This document shows, piece after piece, positions 38,376 to 51,602 of a stretch of DNA of 64,000 nucleotides. The stretch comes from Hypanus sabinus (lineage: Eukaryota): assembly GCF_030144855.1 (NCBI RefSeq), contig NC_082717.1, positions 67,828,001-67,892,000 on the forward strand, written 5' to 3'. The translations under genes and the position numbers were made by a program. Within the stretch, counting starts at the first letter, position 1. The number at the start of each line of letters is the position of its first letter. The notes beneath the pieces were generated by a model. The model did no database searches and was not told the DNA's origin. It worked only from the letters and a program-made list of their open reading frames with translations.

Positions 38376-39836
38376 TGACTATGAGACTGACATCCCGGGT
38401 CAATTTTGAGGATTAATACGTTTTTTAATCATCACATCGCTGTGACTGTGGATTTCATCTATAATAGTCCTAAGCAGGAATATTTTATGATTCTCAATGG
38501 AGCTGCACACAAAGAGTCACCACATATCAATGACATTTGCATTCATTGCAAATTTTGCAAATTTCTTCTGAAAGCTCTGTCTAACAAATATATCTGACTT
38601 ATGGGACTACTTGATTTTTTATTTTGCAGTGCATTTTTTTCAAAGTAGTTTTTCATACAAATTAAGAAAAAGTTCTGATATCTGACATCTCTGATGAATA
38701 TAAGCCTTGATCATGCTTATGAATCATGTTCATGGCCTCAGTTATTTTGCACATATGAAAATGCTCTTGGAAATTCCTTCATAATGACGAATAAACAATA
38801 GTCAAAAGCAGAGTGAATTCCGAGATTCTTAACCATTGTTCCAACTTGATATGTGCAGCTCATTCATGTTTAATTCAGATGTTATTTTTGCAAATGGCAT
38901 GTCCACATATCTATTCGCAACATGGAACCTTCCCGCTGAAACTCAGATGCCCCACAAACAATTTCAAATAAGCGTCAGGTTACCCAGTCAATTCTTTGTT
39001 GCCCTGGAAGGATCTTGTCTACATGTTACCTCATGAGAGAATGCATGGTGTTGACTTTTGAGACAATAGTGTTTAAGAATTTTGCCAGTAACTTTATTTA
39101 TCTCTGAATCTTCAATAACATCCAATGAGTAGTTCAAATCAGAATACGTGAAAAGAATTTTACATATAATGGATCCTGAACATTTAAAAAATATTCTGAA
39201 TATTCTTTACATTTTCACTTTTCTATTTTTACAAAGAAGAGTAGAGTGTAATTATTGCTACTTGTCTTGAAATAGTATAAAATTGGTTTGAAACCCACAG
39301 TGTTTATCACAGAAAACAATTTAATTTGGGATTTGCATTTTGCACAATCATTTAACTCCTGTGATGATCTGGTGTTTACAGGAAGAAGCTGGTGAAACAA
39401 GACCAAAGTTTCTAATATATTGATCCAATATATCGACATACAACTTGTGCCTCATTTGTCTCTGGTTTCTGAAATTCATTCTGTTGTATGTGTTTGCAAA
39501 TTCCCTTTTGGTTCACTTAACTAGAAAGAGAAAACTGTAATAATGATAGTTGACTAATACATTATCTGAAATATTAATTCCTGAAACCATAAAATAAGAA
39601 ATTAGAGGGTGATTTGGTAGTGGATTAAATGGGGTTGCAATAATCAGACAGGCATAGTGAAAGGTAGATGTGACTAAATTGAGGAGAATAAAATACTGAG
39701 AAGTCTGATCAGAGGAAGGGCCTTTCTCCTGTTGCAGGAGAGTTGAAGATCAGAGTTTTAAATATGAAGGTTGTGAGGGGCTGTCTATGAGAGTGGTAGG
39801 GGTCCGGAATTCACTGCTTGAATATATGGTGGGGGC

Positions 39837-42262
39837 TATTATGGCTTGTAAATTCAAAACATTAAACCAATTGAAAGGAAGACACAAGAGTCTGGAAATG
39901 TGGGTCTAACTTTGTGTTTACTTTAGGCAAGGTACCACAAACATCTTGTGGTAGCGTGGCGATGAATGCAATTCACAAATCTATATGTTTAACTCATAAT
40001 GAATTACAAAGTGTATTTAAATAACCAAGAATGCTTAATCAACCAATATATATTACTCAAATATTACTGAAATATTAAATACACAAAACTCCTCCCTGCT
40101 TAGCTAAAGACTCGAACTCAAAACAGAATGCATCTCAATTGTATACACAGTGTTTTATATAATACAACTACCATATACGGGCATCCACAGTATTCAGATT
40201 TAATGATTTCTTACTGGTGTGGCCTGGCATGGGGGGTTACTCTGCTTGGCTGGTGAGACTGGTGGATGTGAAACATTCTCAGGTTGTGGAGCCTCCTCTA
40301 TGATCGTTGTTTGCATTGACTCGGAGACTGCAGGAAGAGGTTCAGACAGCAGTAATCACCTTTCTTCTTCTAGTTTGTGCATCTTGATCCTGGGAAGGTG
40401 CATTTAAATCACTGGAATCATCTACAACATCATCTGATGACTCCTCTATTTTCAAATCTCCATTGACACCATTCTTTGTGGATTTCTATTCAACAAGCTG
40501 CACTTTAGTCTTTGCATCTACTTTTACAAGCAGCTTTTCATCTCCCACTTGAAGTTCCATTTGAGATAACCTTAAAGCATGCCAAGCAGATTCTGGTTCT
40601 TTATACTCACAAAAACTAAATGCTTCCAACATTCCTGAAGCTCCTTGATCTCTCTTCCAGCTGAAATCCAAACCACATTTCACAAGTAACTACCTGATTA
40701 ACATATCAGAAGCTTTCTCAGATATGATGCCCACAAAAACTGGTACAGTCAGATCACAGTTTTCATCCCGTTCACACTTCCGCTGAGCAGTATGGTCCTT
40801 CCTTGTTCCAATATGCTTTTCAACCAGAGGCACAGAGGTTGGCATCAACATTGGGCTCTATTGTACAACAGTTCATGGTGTACAGCATGGAAATAGTTGT
40901 GGCATCATCCAAAAGCGTTCTTAATTTGCTTTCAATTGGTTTCATTGCAGGGGATGTGGCATACAAATAGTGGATGGATCTCCAAACATGTTGTAGTCAT
41001 CTCAGCCAATCACATCTCCACAATGATGGTCGTCCTGTTTTTACCACAAACACGCTCAATGTGGCTTGTTGGTTCTTATATTTTACCGTCACAAGCATCA
41101 TTCCCACGGGAATTATCTTTTCTTCAGCATATGTTCTTAGTTGGTTATCTGCAGGCTTCAGTTTAGTATCTTTGAAAGGCCATTCAAACTTATTTCGTGG
41201 ACTGACTGAAACAGCTGTCCAATTCCATTTTAGTTAATTTGCCGTTCATTTTTGGTGTAGCCATATTACTTGTCTCATGTTAGTTTTCACCTTGTAAATC
41301 TCAAGGGTACCCAGACCTGCATCACTCTCATCATTATCAGCTTTCTCATCAGACAGCATACAGATTAGCATTCTTTTTGTAACTTGACTTTTTTTTCTTT
41401 TTGACTTCTCTGTGCAGTTTATTTATTTTTGTCTGCCTGATATAATCTGTGTATGTACTACTTTATTGCATTTTCTATAATCTTTTAGATTCCAAGTATG
41501 TTTCATAAGTATTATGAACCTTATGTTTCATTCTGCAATCATCAACGGTTTTGGTTCTAAATGTTCCTGCATCACTTTCACAATATCAGCAAAGCTAATT
41601 TTGGATGGTTTGGTTGGAGCAGGTAAACTTTGAAGCAAACTGTATGCCTGTAAGCCAAATGCACTCAGCAAAATTGATACTTGTTTCTGACTGGCTTTTC
41701 CTTCCTATTTGTTTCAAAATATTGTTCAATTAGCTCGGTATACATGAGTCAGTTATCCCTTGTGGAATCAAGCACACCAATATTTCCGATGTACCAACTA
41801 TTTCTACTTTATTTAATGACTATTTTCACCCAATACTCACACTTTATGAATCTGTGAATTCTTCTGTTTGCTGCTTTTTTTAAAACTTCACATTATCTGC
41901 ATATGCTGAGCTGCATTTTTTTTACTTGCCATTTCTCTCTGGAATTTTTTTAGTTCAAAGTTTTTGCTCTGCTTCAACAACTCAATAGCCATCTCAGGTT
42001 CATTATAAAAATACCTTGTCACCAATGTTATTTTGTGTAACTTCAAAACATTAAACTAATTCAAAGGATGATACAGGAGTTCAGTAATGCAGGTCCAACT
42101 TTGTGTTTGTTTTAAGCATGGCACACATGTATCATGTGGTAGTGCGATGACATATGCAATTCACATAGATATAACTCATATTGAAGTATTTAAACAAGCA
42201 AGGATACTTAATCAATCAATATAAGGTTACTCAAATATTACTTAAATATTAAATACACAACA
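39837..42262 (-). mobile_element. Non-autonomous Gypsy LTR element inserted in an old CR1 fragment
   Basis: LTRs 39837-40088 and 42026-42262; PBS-like TTGGTGACAAGG 42014-42025; PPT 40089-40097; TSD GGGGC/GTGGC; gag start near 41800; protease KMELD...LRTYAEEKIIPVG...DWL 40975-41265; flanking CR1 is collinear. Confidence 0.9.
40359..40890 (-). pseudogene. RBM25: Processed RBM25 fragment (RRM domain and flanks) inside the Gypsy element
   Basis: Translates to KHIGTRKDH...DENC...VFVGIISEKASDMLIR*LLVKCGLDFSWKRDQGASGMLEAFSFCEYKEPESAWHALRL...EKLLVKVDAKTKVQLVE*K...SSDLNAPSQ, matching recalled vertebrate RBM25; no introns; stops at 40690-40692 and 40486-40488. Confidence 0.93.
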
Positions 42263-42381
42263 GTGGCAGAAACACTTATCACAAGTAAAGAGCACTTGGA
42301 TATGTACTCAAAGTGCTGTGTTCTCCAAGAGCTAGGTTGTTTTCTTTGATGAGTACCAGTCCGATGACAAGCCAAATGCCC

Positions 42382-42499
42382 TCCAATTCCATAATTCTAA
42401 TTAAGATTTTGTAGTTAATGAATCTTAGTCACCTCCATCCAATTCCATAATTCTAATTAAGATTTTGTAGTTAATGAATCTTAGTCACCTCCATCCAAT
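42382..42499. repeat. Perfect 56-bp tandem duplication (2.1 copies)
   Basis: Units start at 42382 and 42438; TCCAAT recurs at 42494. Confidence 0.95.
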
Positions 42500-43819
42500 A
42501 CTGTATTTCTGTGGTTATATCACTATCATTGCTTCACAAACAGCAGGAAATATTAGTTAGATTTCCTGCTTTTTCTTACTTTCTAAGGACCTTTTTGGAA
42601 AAGTGCATGGGTTAGTGTGGAGGGGGACTGATAATTTGTTCTGTCATTAAGTAGCCTCTGAATATACACTGTCTACACTGAAAGAGTGACTGTGGCCACT
42701 AGAGAGCAGTCAGGGCTTGTGGGCCCTTGACTTTGCAATAATCTGTGACTTCACAGGGTAACTTTAAGGGAAAACACAAAATGAACAACAAAGACACATC
42801 TTGTAATCTTTTATGTTGGCAACACCAACCTGGAATGCAGGCCATCTAAAAGGGAAATGTGAAGTGCCGATAAAGGGAATACCGAAGACAGCAACAAGAG
42901 AACTGCTTGTGGGGGGAAGACAGGAAACATGTTTGATCTTCCTCCATCCCGTCTCTAAAGTACTGTTTGAAAGCATTGCAAAAGTTCCAGTCTGTTAGGG
43001 ATTCTCTGAAGGAGTGCTTTACTATTTTTTAATCCTTTGGCTGCCAAGAGGTTCCTGGAATCTGTTGTCTTTCTGAACCAACCGTTTGCTTCATTGCTCT
43101 CTGCTGAGGTGTCCCTTCATTCAGAAATAATAACATTATTAAAACTTCCAAATGTCAAATGAAGTGTTCCTTTATTGAACAAGTGAAATGAAAAATACTA
43201 ATAGACATTTTTCTAATATTCCTCACATTCTCTCCATTCTAATTAAATAACTTTAATTACTTTTACGCAATCTGAATGCATATTCATTGTTTCTATTGAT
43301 CCCAACTTGTCTTTCCTTTGAAAAGAAAGTCTTTAAACAGTTCACAAACCTGATTCCCTTGGTCCCACAACAGTTTGTAGGCGTGTGTTGTAGTTGCATA
43401 ATATATACCCAGCTGACAACCAGTTTCAAAGACTGTTTTGACCAATTGAGTTTCATAAGTCTAATTATTGACCTGACCACATCATAACTATGACCAGGCT
43501 TACCCTTAATGCATTTCTGCATGCCAGTGTAGAAAAGACAAACATAGGACCAGTTATCTGATGCGGTAACATTGTTTAAAAAGGGGGAGAAGTTACAGAC
43601 CGACATTTACAAGCTGCTCAAATGAACAATGATGGCAGGAGAATTACTGAAAAACATATCTGAGGCACACGTTAAACCATCATTTGTAAAAGCATAAATT
43701 ACTTCAGCAGTCACCATGTCTACACTGAGTTTTTTTTTCAGGAGATAGCAAGGAGAACTAATGAAGCAGCAAGTCTGACAATGTCCATATGCCAACTAAA
43801 TCAAGGAAATATTAGAGAT

Positions 43820-45140
43820 AGCCAGGGAAAAGTGGAAAAGCGGATCCAAAATTGACAGTGGAGTAGGAAGAAAATGGTATTAGTTACTAGGAGGTAATAA
43901 GGCTCAGTGACTCACTCTTGCTCTCAGTGGTAAATATCAATAATTTAGCTTAAATATAGAGAAAATCTCAGAGAAATGCAGAATAATAGAAAAATATAGA
44001 AACAATCTGCCTTGTGGTTGATGTGAAAATAAGAGTTTTAAGTATGTAAGATGTCAATGGACTTGTTAGCTTGGCTGAAAATACATTCCAGAGAAATGGA
44101 AAGTAATCAGTTCAGAAAGCAGAGATGGGCAAGGGAATATCCACGAAAAGGCATGTGAAAAGGGAAATATTACGATAATCATGGGGGATTTCAATATGCA
44201 GGTACTGTAGATTGGGAAAATCAGATTGGCGCTGGATCCCAAGCAAAGGAAATTGTTAGTATGCCTACAAGATGGCTTTTTAGAGTAGTTTGAGGTTCAG
44301 TCAGGGCATCAAAGGTTATGGGGAGAAGGCAGGAGAATGGGGTTGAGAGAGATAATAAATCAGCCATGATGAAATGGCAGAGCAAACTGGACTTAGTGGG
44401 CTGAATGGCCTAATTCTGCTCCTATGTCTTATGGTAGGATACTGAGGAGTATTAAGGAATAGGAGTATATCTGAGGGCACAACTACAGATAGATACAGTG
44501 CATTAAGTAAAACATTGAAGATGCTGGTAATCTGAGGTGAAACTAGGAAATGGTGGTAATTCTCATCAGGAAAATAAAACCATTTTTCCTCTCCACATGT
44601 GCTCTCTGGCCTCCCGATCAGTCCAGTACTTTATGTTTCCATTTAAGAAATCATATAGGATGCCTTCTGCTATTGTCCTGGACATAGAATATAAGAGCAA
44701 AAAACCCCATTGAAACTTTACAAGGCCTTAATTCACACAGCTGAAGTGCTGTGTTCTGCTCAACAGACCATAAGAAGGAAGTTACATCATAAGAAATAGT
44801 TCAGGGATTTGCGAGCATGTGGCCAGGATTGAAGACATCTAGTTATAAAGAAGGATCAGGCAGGCCATGGTTGTTCTCTTTAGAATAGATAGGAAGATCT
44901 AATATCCATTAGCAGAGTGGTCAATAACTAAAGGGAGTTGATTTAAAGTAGTTGGTAGAATGCATAGAGAGGAGTTGAAGGAAAATTCTGATAATCAAAA
45001 AAGTACCAAGGGTTTAAAACTCATTACCTGAAAAATCGTGCCAGAAGACCTGAGGGCATTTGAAAATGGTTTGGTGTAGCAGAAGCTGCTCAACAATAAG
45101 CAGACTGGGGAAGTGGGGTTAAAATGGGTATCCTTTCTAT
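43820..45140 (+). mobile_element. Old CR1 remnant with nested younger CR1 chimera (44157-44435) and pLTR-derived remnant (~44500-44640)
   Basis: Degenerate RT C-terminal sequence collinear across the inserts. Confidence 0.55.
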
Positions 45141-47399
45141 TCAACATGAGATTGGGGCTATGATCCTATTATCTATCCTCTCAATGTCAAATGTCATCTC
45201 CCACCTAACCTCCAAAACATGTGCAGCAAGTAGGGTATGAAAGATCTATCAAAGAAAGTAGAAGCACATAGGCAGTTTTGAAAAATGGTTTATTGTCACA
45301 GCCAGTAACTTTTGTACAAGTTATTAGTAGGTGTAATATTTTAATGCAAAGATATAACTACTGGTGTAAAAACTATTCATAAAATGAATATACCTTTGCT
45401 AATGCTCATGTCGTCTCTTTAACATGAATATTTTACACTGCTAAAATTATCGATTCTTGGTCTATATAAACTTGCATATTCCAAGACTAACAGAAATGGC
45501 TTGTGCTCCTGTTATTTTGTTGTTAGCATGAATATAGTTGGGATTTTGAAAACATCTTTTACATTGGAGCATGACGATAATTGATTTCTTTTTTTGCTCA
45601 GCTGATAGATTTTGCGTTTGGGATTTTCACTTTGGTCTGACCTAAACCAATACCTTCTACCCACAAAGCCTGATCTAAGTCCGTTAGTGACATTGTTACA
45701 GCTAACAATGTTAGGGGAGACTTGACTAAGTTTTGCTTGGTCCGTTTCGCTTGAGGAAGAACACCATTTTTAATGCTAAAACTGCTTCAAATTTTTATGT
45801 TCCTTGAATTTGGGTTTCATGAGAGTGGTGTTTGCAAAGTAATCATGGTGGAATCCAACTTCCTCATTCCCATTGCCTGATGGTTTCTTACCCTCTTGAC
45901 TGCAGTGTAAACACATAGGCCTGGTTTATGGATTTCATTGCTTTGAAATCTGCATTAATGCAGAGCTGACATCACAGTGGCCAAACGATGAATCCAACCA
46001 TAATGTATTTTAAAGGAATTGCAAGCAGGGTTCAAATTTCAGCTTTGTGTAAAGTGCAATTCTCAGAAGTTAACACAGCAGTAGTTTGAGATGCATTTTA
46101 ATCAGATTCTTGGAATTGCATAATTCAGAACTGCTTTTGTACTTGAAGAGCTTACCAATCCAACATCAAGAATTTGGTCATTTTCACTTAAGTAAATATC
46201 TGACAAGTGAATATTTTTTGCTAAATAAATAGAGCTCAAAAAAAAGCTCAAACCATTTCTGTCTACGCCATCCTGTTAACGTTGTGTTTGCAAAAGTAAA
46301 CTTCTGTTAAGTGAATTCTTTTTATTTTTGCCCAGATGACACATTTTTGATTTAAACCCTGCCAAAACAAGTTTTACTGTAACTTAAACAAAAATGTCTG
46401 ACAGTTCAGTGAGACATAACATCATGCCTCCATGGCATGGAGTGCAAAAAGCATCCGTTTGCAAAAGTGACAGTCTCTCAGCAGGACAATGCATAGTAAA
46501 GTGCAGTGATTTTTTGGCACAGTCACATGGGTAAGATTGACAGGTGATTAAAACATTTTTTACACCATAGGATGTATTTTAATGCAGAGTTATTGCATAA
46601 AGCCTGTACTATGTTCTGAATGCACAGTTGGTGTTATGAATTACAGTAATTGTTTGCATTGGTCTTCCTTTATGTCCTTGCCAGCTGGCAACAGCTTCAG
46701 CTGTGACACATGACACTACAGCTGTGTCCACATGTTTCTAGGCCATGGTATCAAGTTATATAATGTATGCCTTTGATCAGTAGTAAAAGTTGTCAATTGC
46801 CTTTTTCAAGAGAGGGAGAAGTGTATTCTGAGTAATCTCAGTGTCTTTTACTATGTAAAAATAATTATTTGGCTTGGTCAAATTAATATTTCTGGCAGTC
46901 TAAACATTTGAATTGCTGGAGTGTCATCCTAAAGATTATTTTAAAAATAAAGCAATTAATCATCCAATGTTGAAGTAAAATAAAATTGCAAGCATCCCTA
47001 GAGACATCACAGACCTGAACTATGATATTTCTAACTTTATCACAATATACAGTTGGAGACTGTCAATCCCTGTGGTTTGACAAAGTGATTTTTTTGTTCT
47101 GGCCTCAAATTAACAATGTTTTCCAGTCGTAGTGAAGCCAATTCTGCTCCTTCGTGTTCCATATAATCAGTTAATCTTATCACATATTCTCACCGCAATG
47201 TCAGGAGTCCAGAATTTCTGACCAGTTCCAGATATGCTGTATATTTATTATGAGTCTCTGCCCATCCTTTATGATGTAGGCAGTAGGAGTGAACTCCATA
47301 CATTGGAGGTGATGCATCCTTATCTCTCAGCTCAAACATCAGTGGAAGTTCTCCTGCTAAGAAAATCCAGCAAGGAAAGAGGAGCTCACTGCCAGACCA

Positions 47400-48106
47400 C
47401 TTTCTAAATGAGGAGAAAATTTTATAAATGAGATGCAAAGGGACAGGGGAGTCCTTGTGCAGGATTCCTTGAGGGTTAACTTGCAGGTTGAGTTGGTGGC
47501 AAGGAAGGCAAATCCAATGTTAGCTTTTATTTCAAGAGGACTAGAATATAGAAGCAAGGATATCATGCAAAGGCTTTAGAAGGCACTTGGAGTATTGTGG
47601 GCAGTTTTGGGACCCTTATCTAAGAAAAACTGTATTGGCATTGGAGAGGATCTAGAGAAGGTTCACTAGAATGTTCTGGAAGGAGCAATTGCTGGCTCCG
47701 GGCCTGTACTCACTAGAGTTTAAAAGAATGAATGGGGAACTCATAGAAACCTATTGAATATTGCAAGGCCTAGATAGAGTAGATGTAGAAAGGACGTTTT
47801 ATATAGTGGACAAGTCTAGGACCAGATGGCACAGTCTCAGAATAGAGAGACATCTATTTAAAACAGATGAGAAGGAATTTCTTTCATCAGCATGTGGTGA
47901 ATCTGTGGCATTCTTTGCCACAAATGGCAGTGGAGGCCAAGTACTTGGGTACATTTAATGCTGAAAGGTTCATGATTAGACAGGGTGACAAAGGCTATGC
48001 AGGAGAATGGGGTTGAGAGGGATAATAAATCAGCTGTGGTGGAATGGCAGAGTGGACTCGATGGGCTGAATGGCCTAATTCTGCTCCTATGTCTTATGGT
48101 CTTATG
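47400..48106 (+). mobile_element. CR1 LINE 3' fragment
   Basis: KANPMLAFISRGLEYRSKD...QGLDRVDVER...SRTRWHSLRI; (tcttatgg)n tail. Confidence 0.88.
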
Positions 48107-48304
48107 TCCGGCATTGGTCAGTAGAGGCAACTTTGCCTCTGTATTTCCAGGTTCAAAGTTCAAAGTGAATTCATTGTCAAAGTATGTACAGTATATATGC
48201 CACCATATTCTACCTTGAAATTCATTTTCTTGTTGGTATTCACAGTAGAACAAAGAAATACAACAGAATCAGTGAAAAGCTGTTCAGATCCCACACAATG
48301 AGCA

Positions 48305-48680
48305 CCCAATCTGAAATGATGTTTCTGTGCAGTACCCGGGGGGAGCTGCTCTCTCAAGGTGCCACCTTTCAGGTGAGGTGTTCAAATGGGGCTCTGGTGA
48401 AATGCCATCTTGGGTAAACGTAAAATCTTGCATGACATGATTCATGGAGCACTCCAAAATGTTGCAGGGTAATCAGGGCAAGGGAAATCTCCTTAGTATC
48501 CTCGCCAATATTTATCCCTCAGTCAATAAACCAAAAGCAGAACACAGGCCACTTTCATTTCTGCAAAGTTGTTCATAAGCTATTAGCATATTCTCTAAAA
48601 ATGAATAATATTTATACTTCTAACATATTCAACTGGTTGTAACACACTTTGACCTGAGGTAGTAAAAGTTACTACCTGTA
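48305..48680 (+). mobile_element. SacSINE1/Deu-SINE-like SINE
   Basis: 'gtgcagtacc...ggtgccacctttcaggtgaggtgtt...gccaatatttatccctcagtcaa'. Confidence 0.6.
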
Positions 48681-48898
48681 TTGATATTTTATCCTCCTCT
48701 CTTAGGTTCCTGAACTGCAAGGTAAATTTCCTTTCCCAAATCAATTCAATATAGTTCCTCACTCAATCTTCCCATCTCACCAGTCTTTGGCTTATGGGTC
48801 CATAAAATCAATGGGCCTTCCAATGTCCTAGAGTTTCAGTTGGCAGTCTTCAGAATTTCACAGCTCTGTCACTGAATAGATAACATATTCATACAACT

Positions 48899-49023
48899 CA
48901 GACAAGGGAAAATTTGCAGATGCTGGAAATCCAAGCAACACAGACAAAATGCTGAAGGAACTCAGCAGACCAGCCAGCATCTATGGAAAAGAGTACAGTT
49001 GACGTTACGGCCCAAAACACTTT
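48899..49023. mobile_element. Penelope pLTR fragment
   Basis: 'tgcagatgctggaaatccaagcaacacagacaaaatgctgaaggaactcagcag'. Confidence 0.7.
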
Positions 49024-49164
49024 GACATTCATGCTGAGAGCCTAAACTCAGATATTACTTCCCTAACTCTCCCTCTCTTTCTTCATCTGTCTGTCCATAT
49101 GAAGTGGTTCAACTTCAAACGTCTATTGTCCAAGTCTTTCTGGAAGGGCTGTTTGACCTGCTGA

Positions 49165-49855
49165 GGTGACATTAGGGCACATCTGAACCAATACGCTTTG
49201 GCACAATTGAGCCACTTCCCCAATTAGCTAGTTCCATGGAAATAGTTAAAAATATATAAAATGGCAAGCTATCATTTAACTGAGAAACAGATTATGCATT
49301 TTAATGAAATACAGGACAAATTAGAACACTACCAAAGCTACTACAGTACTATAAAACTGTGCATTAGTTTCTAATAGTTCTGATGTATGCTGCCAGGTAT
49401 GGGGTGTCCAGGGTGGGATAACACCTCTGATGAAGGGGATTGTCATGTCCATTCTGGGTCCCCACCAAACACTCAGCTCTCACCTGTGGCTCCAAGTAGC
49501 TGCTTGCATGAGACAGCGGCCACAACCCTGTACACCACTTCAACAGGCAGGGTCAACTAGGTGATGGTAGCCAACGGGCCTCATATCCCAGTAAAACAGG
49601 GATGACAGGAGCACATACAAATGATGCTATTTAAAAACTGCTCACTCACAGTATAGTGTCTAATGGCTAAGTGCAAATGACTGACACTAGTTAGAAACTG
49701 TTCGGCAACAGACTCCTGTCCCAATTAAGTGGCATGGCATCCCAAATAAATGAAGGGAGTCCAGGATATTTTTTTGATTAGATTTTGTCCTTTAAGAGTT
49801 GTCACAAATAGGCGGCTGCCCCAGTTAATCAATGGACCAATTAACCAAAATCCCC
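49165..49855. mobile_element. Probable Tigger/pogo-like non-autonomous DNA transposon with nested RTE-like 5' fragment (~49395-49605)
   Basis: Repeated 'ccaatta' subterminal motifs at both ends; classification from recall. Confidence 0.4.
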
Positions 49856-51602
49856 TTAAAACCTACCTCTTTGTCCAAGCATTTAGTTTTTCTGAGCAAC
49901 TCCTTATATGGCACAAAATAAAATGTTGTTTGACAAGGCTTCTGTGAAGTATCTGGGGACATTTTACCGTAGTGAAAGCACTCTACAAATGCAAGCTTTT
50001 GCTCCTGTTGTTGATGATTCAGAGTTTCTGCTGCAGACAGGAAACCTCTCCTTCTCCTTTCTACAAGAGAATTTTAAATTTGTTTTTGTTTGTATTAATA
50101 TGCAATTTCAGGCTACAATAAGAGACCTGACCTTCTGCACTGCTTTTGTGTAATTTACAGAATGCAACTTTATTATTAATGCTCAAAATAGTGGTGATTA
50201 AGAAATGTATACTGAGTGTCATTAGGAATGGACATTATCCAAACTATATACACGTCTTCACTAGCAAAAAGTTAATGACTTTAACATAATTAAACCATGA
50301 TAATCAATGATGCATTTTCACATTGAACAGTATGGAAGCCTTATTTCAATATACCTCTTTATAGTAAGCTTTGGGAATGGGTTAGAAAGAAAAACAGATT
50401 TTTTCTGTCTGCTTTCTGTTGGCCAATAGCAGATTATATTTCATTGTCATCAAGTATTAAAGCCAAGAAAATGTTCTTTTAATTCTCACAAAGTTACGGA
50501 TGTTGCAAATGTGGACAAATAGGATGTGAGTTCAGAGGTAGCCTCAGCAGATGTCTTTATATCTGGATCTGTAAACAATTTAAGTGAATCATAAAGAAAT
50601 TGTAGTTTTCCACTTAAACACCAAGCTAGGCAGATGATGGTGGCCCTTTGAAGGCAAATCGTTCTTATTTTTTTCTTTTGTTGAGTGTGCTTGCAAATCA
50701 CTCTCACTTTCCACCAGATGTAAATTGAAAAGTTGAAAACAAATTTCAAACTAAAAAAAAGCCAAGAACATTGGAACGATTTACATGTTAACACATTGAG
50801 AGGATTGTATAATTGAGACTTTAAATTATTAATCTGCTGCTATTAACCAAAAGCATATTGATTGTGAATTCCTGGCAACAACCATGTTTCACTATTACTT
50901 TGGCCATGAAGGAATGATGAATGATTATCTTAATCCTCCAAATCTTTATTCATGAATAATGCACAGATTGCTACATGGGCTGGCATACTGGCAGCTTCGC
51001 TATTGGCTTCAAATGATTCAGACCCTTATTTTGCAGATAGTAATGATCATTATTTCTGTGATAATCCGCTGTCAGAACTTCTAATATCCTATTCAGGATA
51101 TGAATAGAGTGATATGTGAACATCTCCTTTGCTAAAACAAATAATATCACCAAATTGGTTTGAACTTATGTGCTTTACTTATTTTATAGTTTTGGTGCTT
51201 TATTAGGACAATCTGCTTTATTCCAAAATCAATTATCTCACATCTGGAAAATCACAAAATAACTTTGTTCCGCAATACCAGTTATTAGGCCATTTGCGAC
51301 TGCTACCACCAGTCTATAAAAATTACTTGAGCTGATGGACAAGACTTTGTGCTGTATTGTGCTGGTAAAGATCCACCACAGCTCTGAAGGGAAGAACAAT
51401 AAGTCTCAGAACCACTTTAAGTTTCAGATGATGCATCCATCACTCATTCTATCAGGTGCTCAACAGCAGAGTCTGGATGTGCTGGGATAACACTCCTCAT
51501 TCCTACAGTGGCTCACCTGGTGAAAGATCAGAGACCCTGTTCATTTCATCTGGAGGCAACCAGGAAACTTGCAAGGTATTTAATTTTTAAAATTGGTAAC
51601 CA

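Noticed and set aside
40486-40683. Functional RBM25 exon
   Set aside because: In-frame stops, no splice sites, embedded between LTRs.
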